Below, in pieces: positions 63,889-64,000 of a DNA stretch of 64,000 bases (the stretch's first letter is position 1; each line of letters starts with the position of its first letter). A program made the position numbers and the translations under genes. This DNA comes from a virus: the IMG/VR virus record IMGVR_UViG_3300030329_005959, positions 1-64,000 of that record. One strand, 5' to 3'. Below the pieces are notes generated by a model. That model was not told where the DNA came from. It did not search any database and saw only the letters and a program-made list of their open reading frames with translations.

Positions 63889-64000
63889 ATGCCCGAAAAC
63901 AAAGAAACCAAATCAATTGACAGCAAGTTCTTAATCTCTTTAGGTATCGGGCTTGCTGTTCAAGCAGCGGGAATTGTATGGTGGGCTAGCAACTTACAAA
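63889..64000 (+). CDS. Membrane protein, partial (runs off the right edge)
   Basis: MPENKETKSIDSKFLISLGIGLAVQAAGIVWWASNLQ... Confidence 0.6.
   Translation, partial: MPENKETKSIDSKFLISLGIGLAVQAAGIVWWASNLQ

Noticed and set aside
1-64000. Stop-codon reassignment, introns or inteins
   Set aside because: Conserved genes (terL, nrdA, nrdB, dnaB, dnaE, clp) read full-length in the standard code, genes end in TAA, TAG and TGA, and no intein or homing endonuclease insertions are evident.
1-64000. tRNA, tmRNA or rRNA genes; integrase or prophage boundary
   Set aside because: No cloverleaf or T-loop signature was seen in the few intergenic gaps, and there is no integrase or host housekeeping synteny. 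tRNAscan/ARAGORN would confirm.

Overview
A 64-kb internal segment of a large, apparently lytic tailed phage (Caudoviricetes). No integrase, tRNA, CRISPR array, lysin, tail sheath or obvious tail fibre is visible, so the genome extends beyond the window. The standard genetic code reads through cleanly. Layout: (1) 1-1800, a GC-richer minus-strand block of tiny early-type genes behind four near-identical sigma70-like leaderless promoters, with palindromic and phased repeats. (2) 1986-15900, PhoH, a Cys-containing phage sigma factor, ERCC4 nuclease, terminase, portal, protease/scaffold, capsid and adaptor. (3) 15906-31569, an inverted neck/tail-tube block, tail chaperones, a 2362-aa tape measure protein and tail-tube paralogues. 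(4) 31566-37619, Hsp20 (sigma54-type promoter), GT-B glycosyltransferase, SSB, a second sigma factor and class Ia ribonucleotide reductase. (5) 37639-50238, a 14-gene, translationally coupled island for making, tailoring, activating and probably transferring a nonulosonic (pseudaminic-like) acid, ending in gmd. (6) 50238-64000, RecA, DnaB, primase, Cas4-like nuclease, a three-piece DnaE polymerase, a ClpA/C ATPase, an Sm/Hfq-like small protein and a pseudokinase. The best candidate for an undescribed system is the phage-borne nonulosonic acid pathway, which lacks canonical PseC and PseG. Next is a two-sigma, mostly leaderless promoter architecture marked by a recurring GTGTAA motif. All functional calls come from motif recognition by eye, not from database searches.
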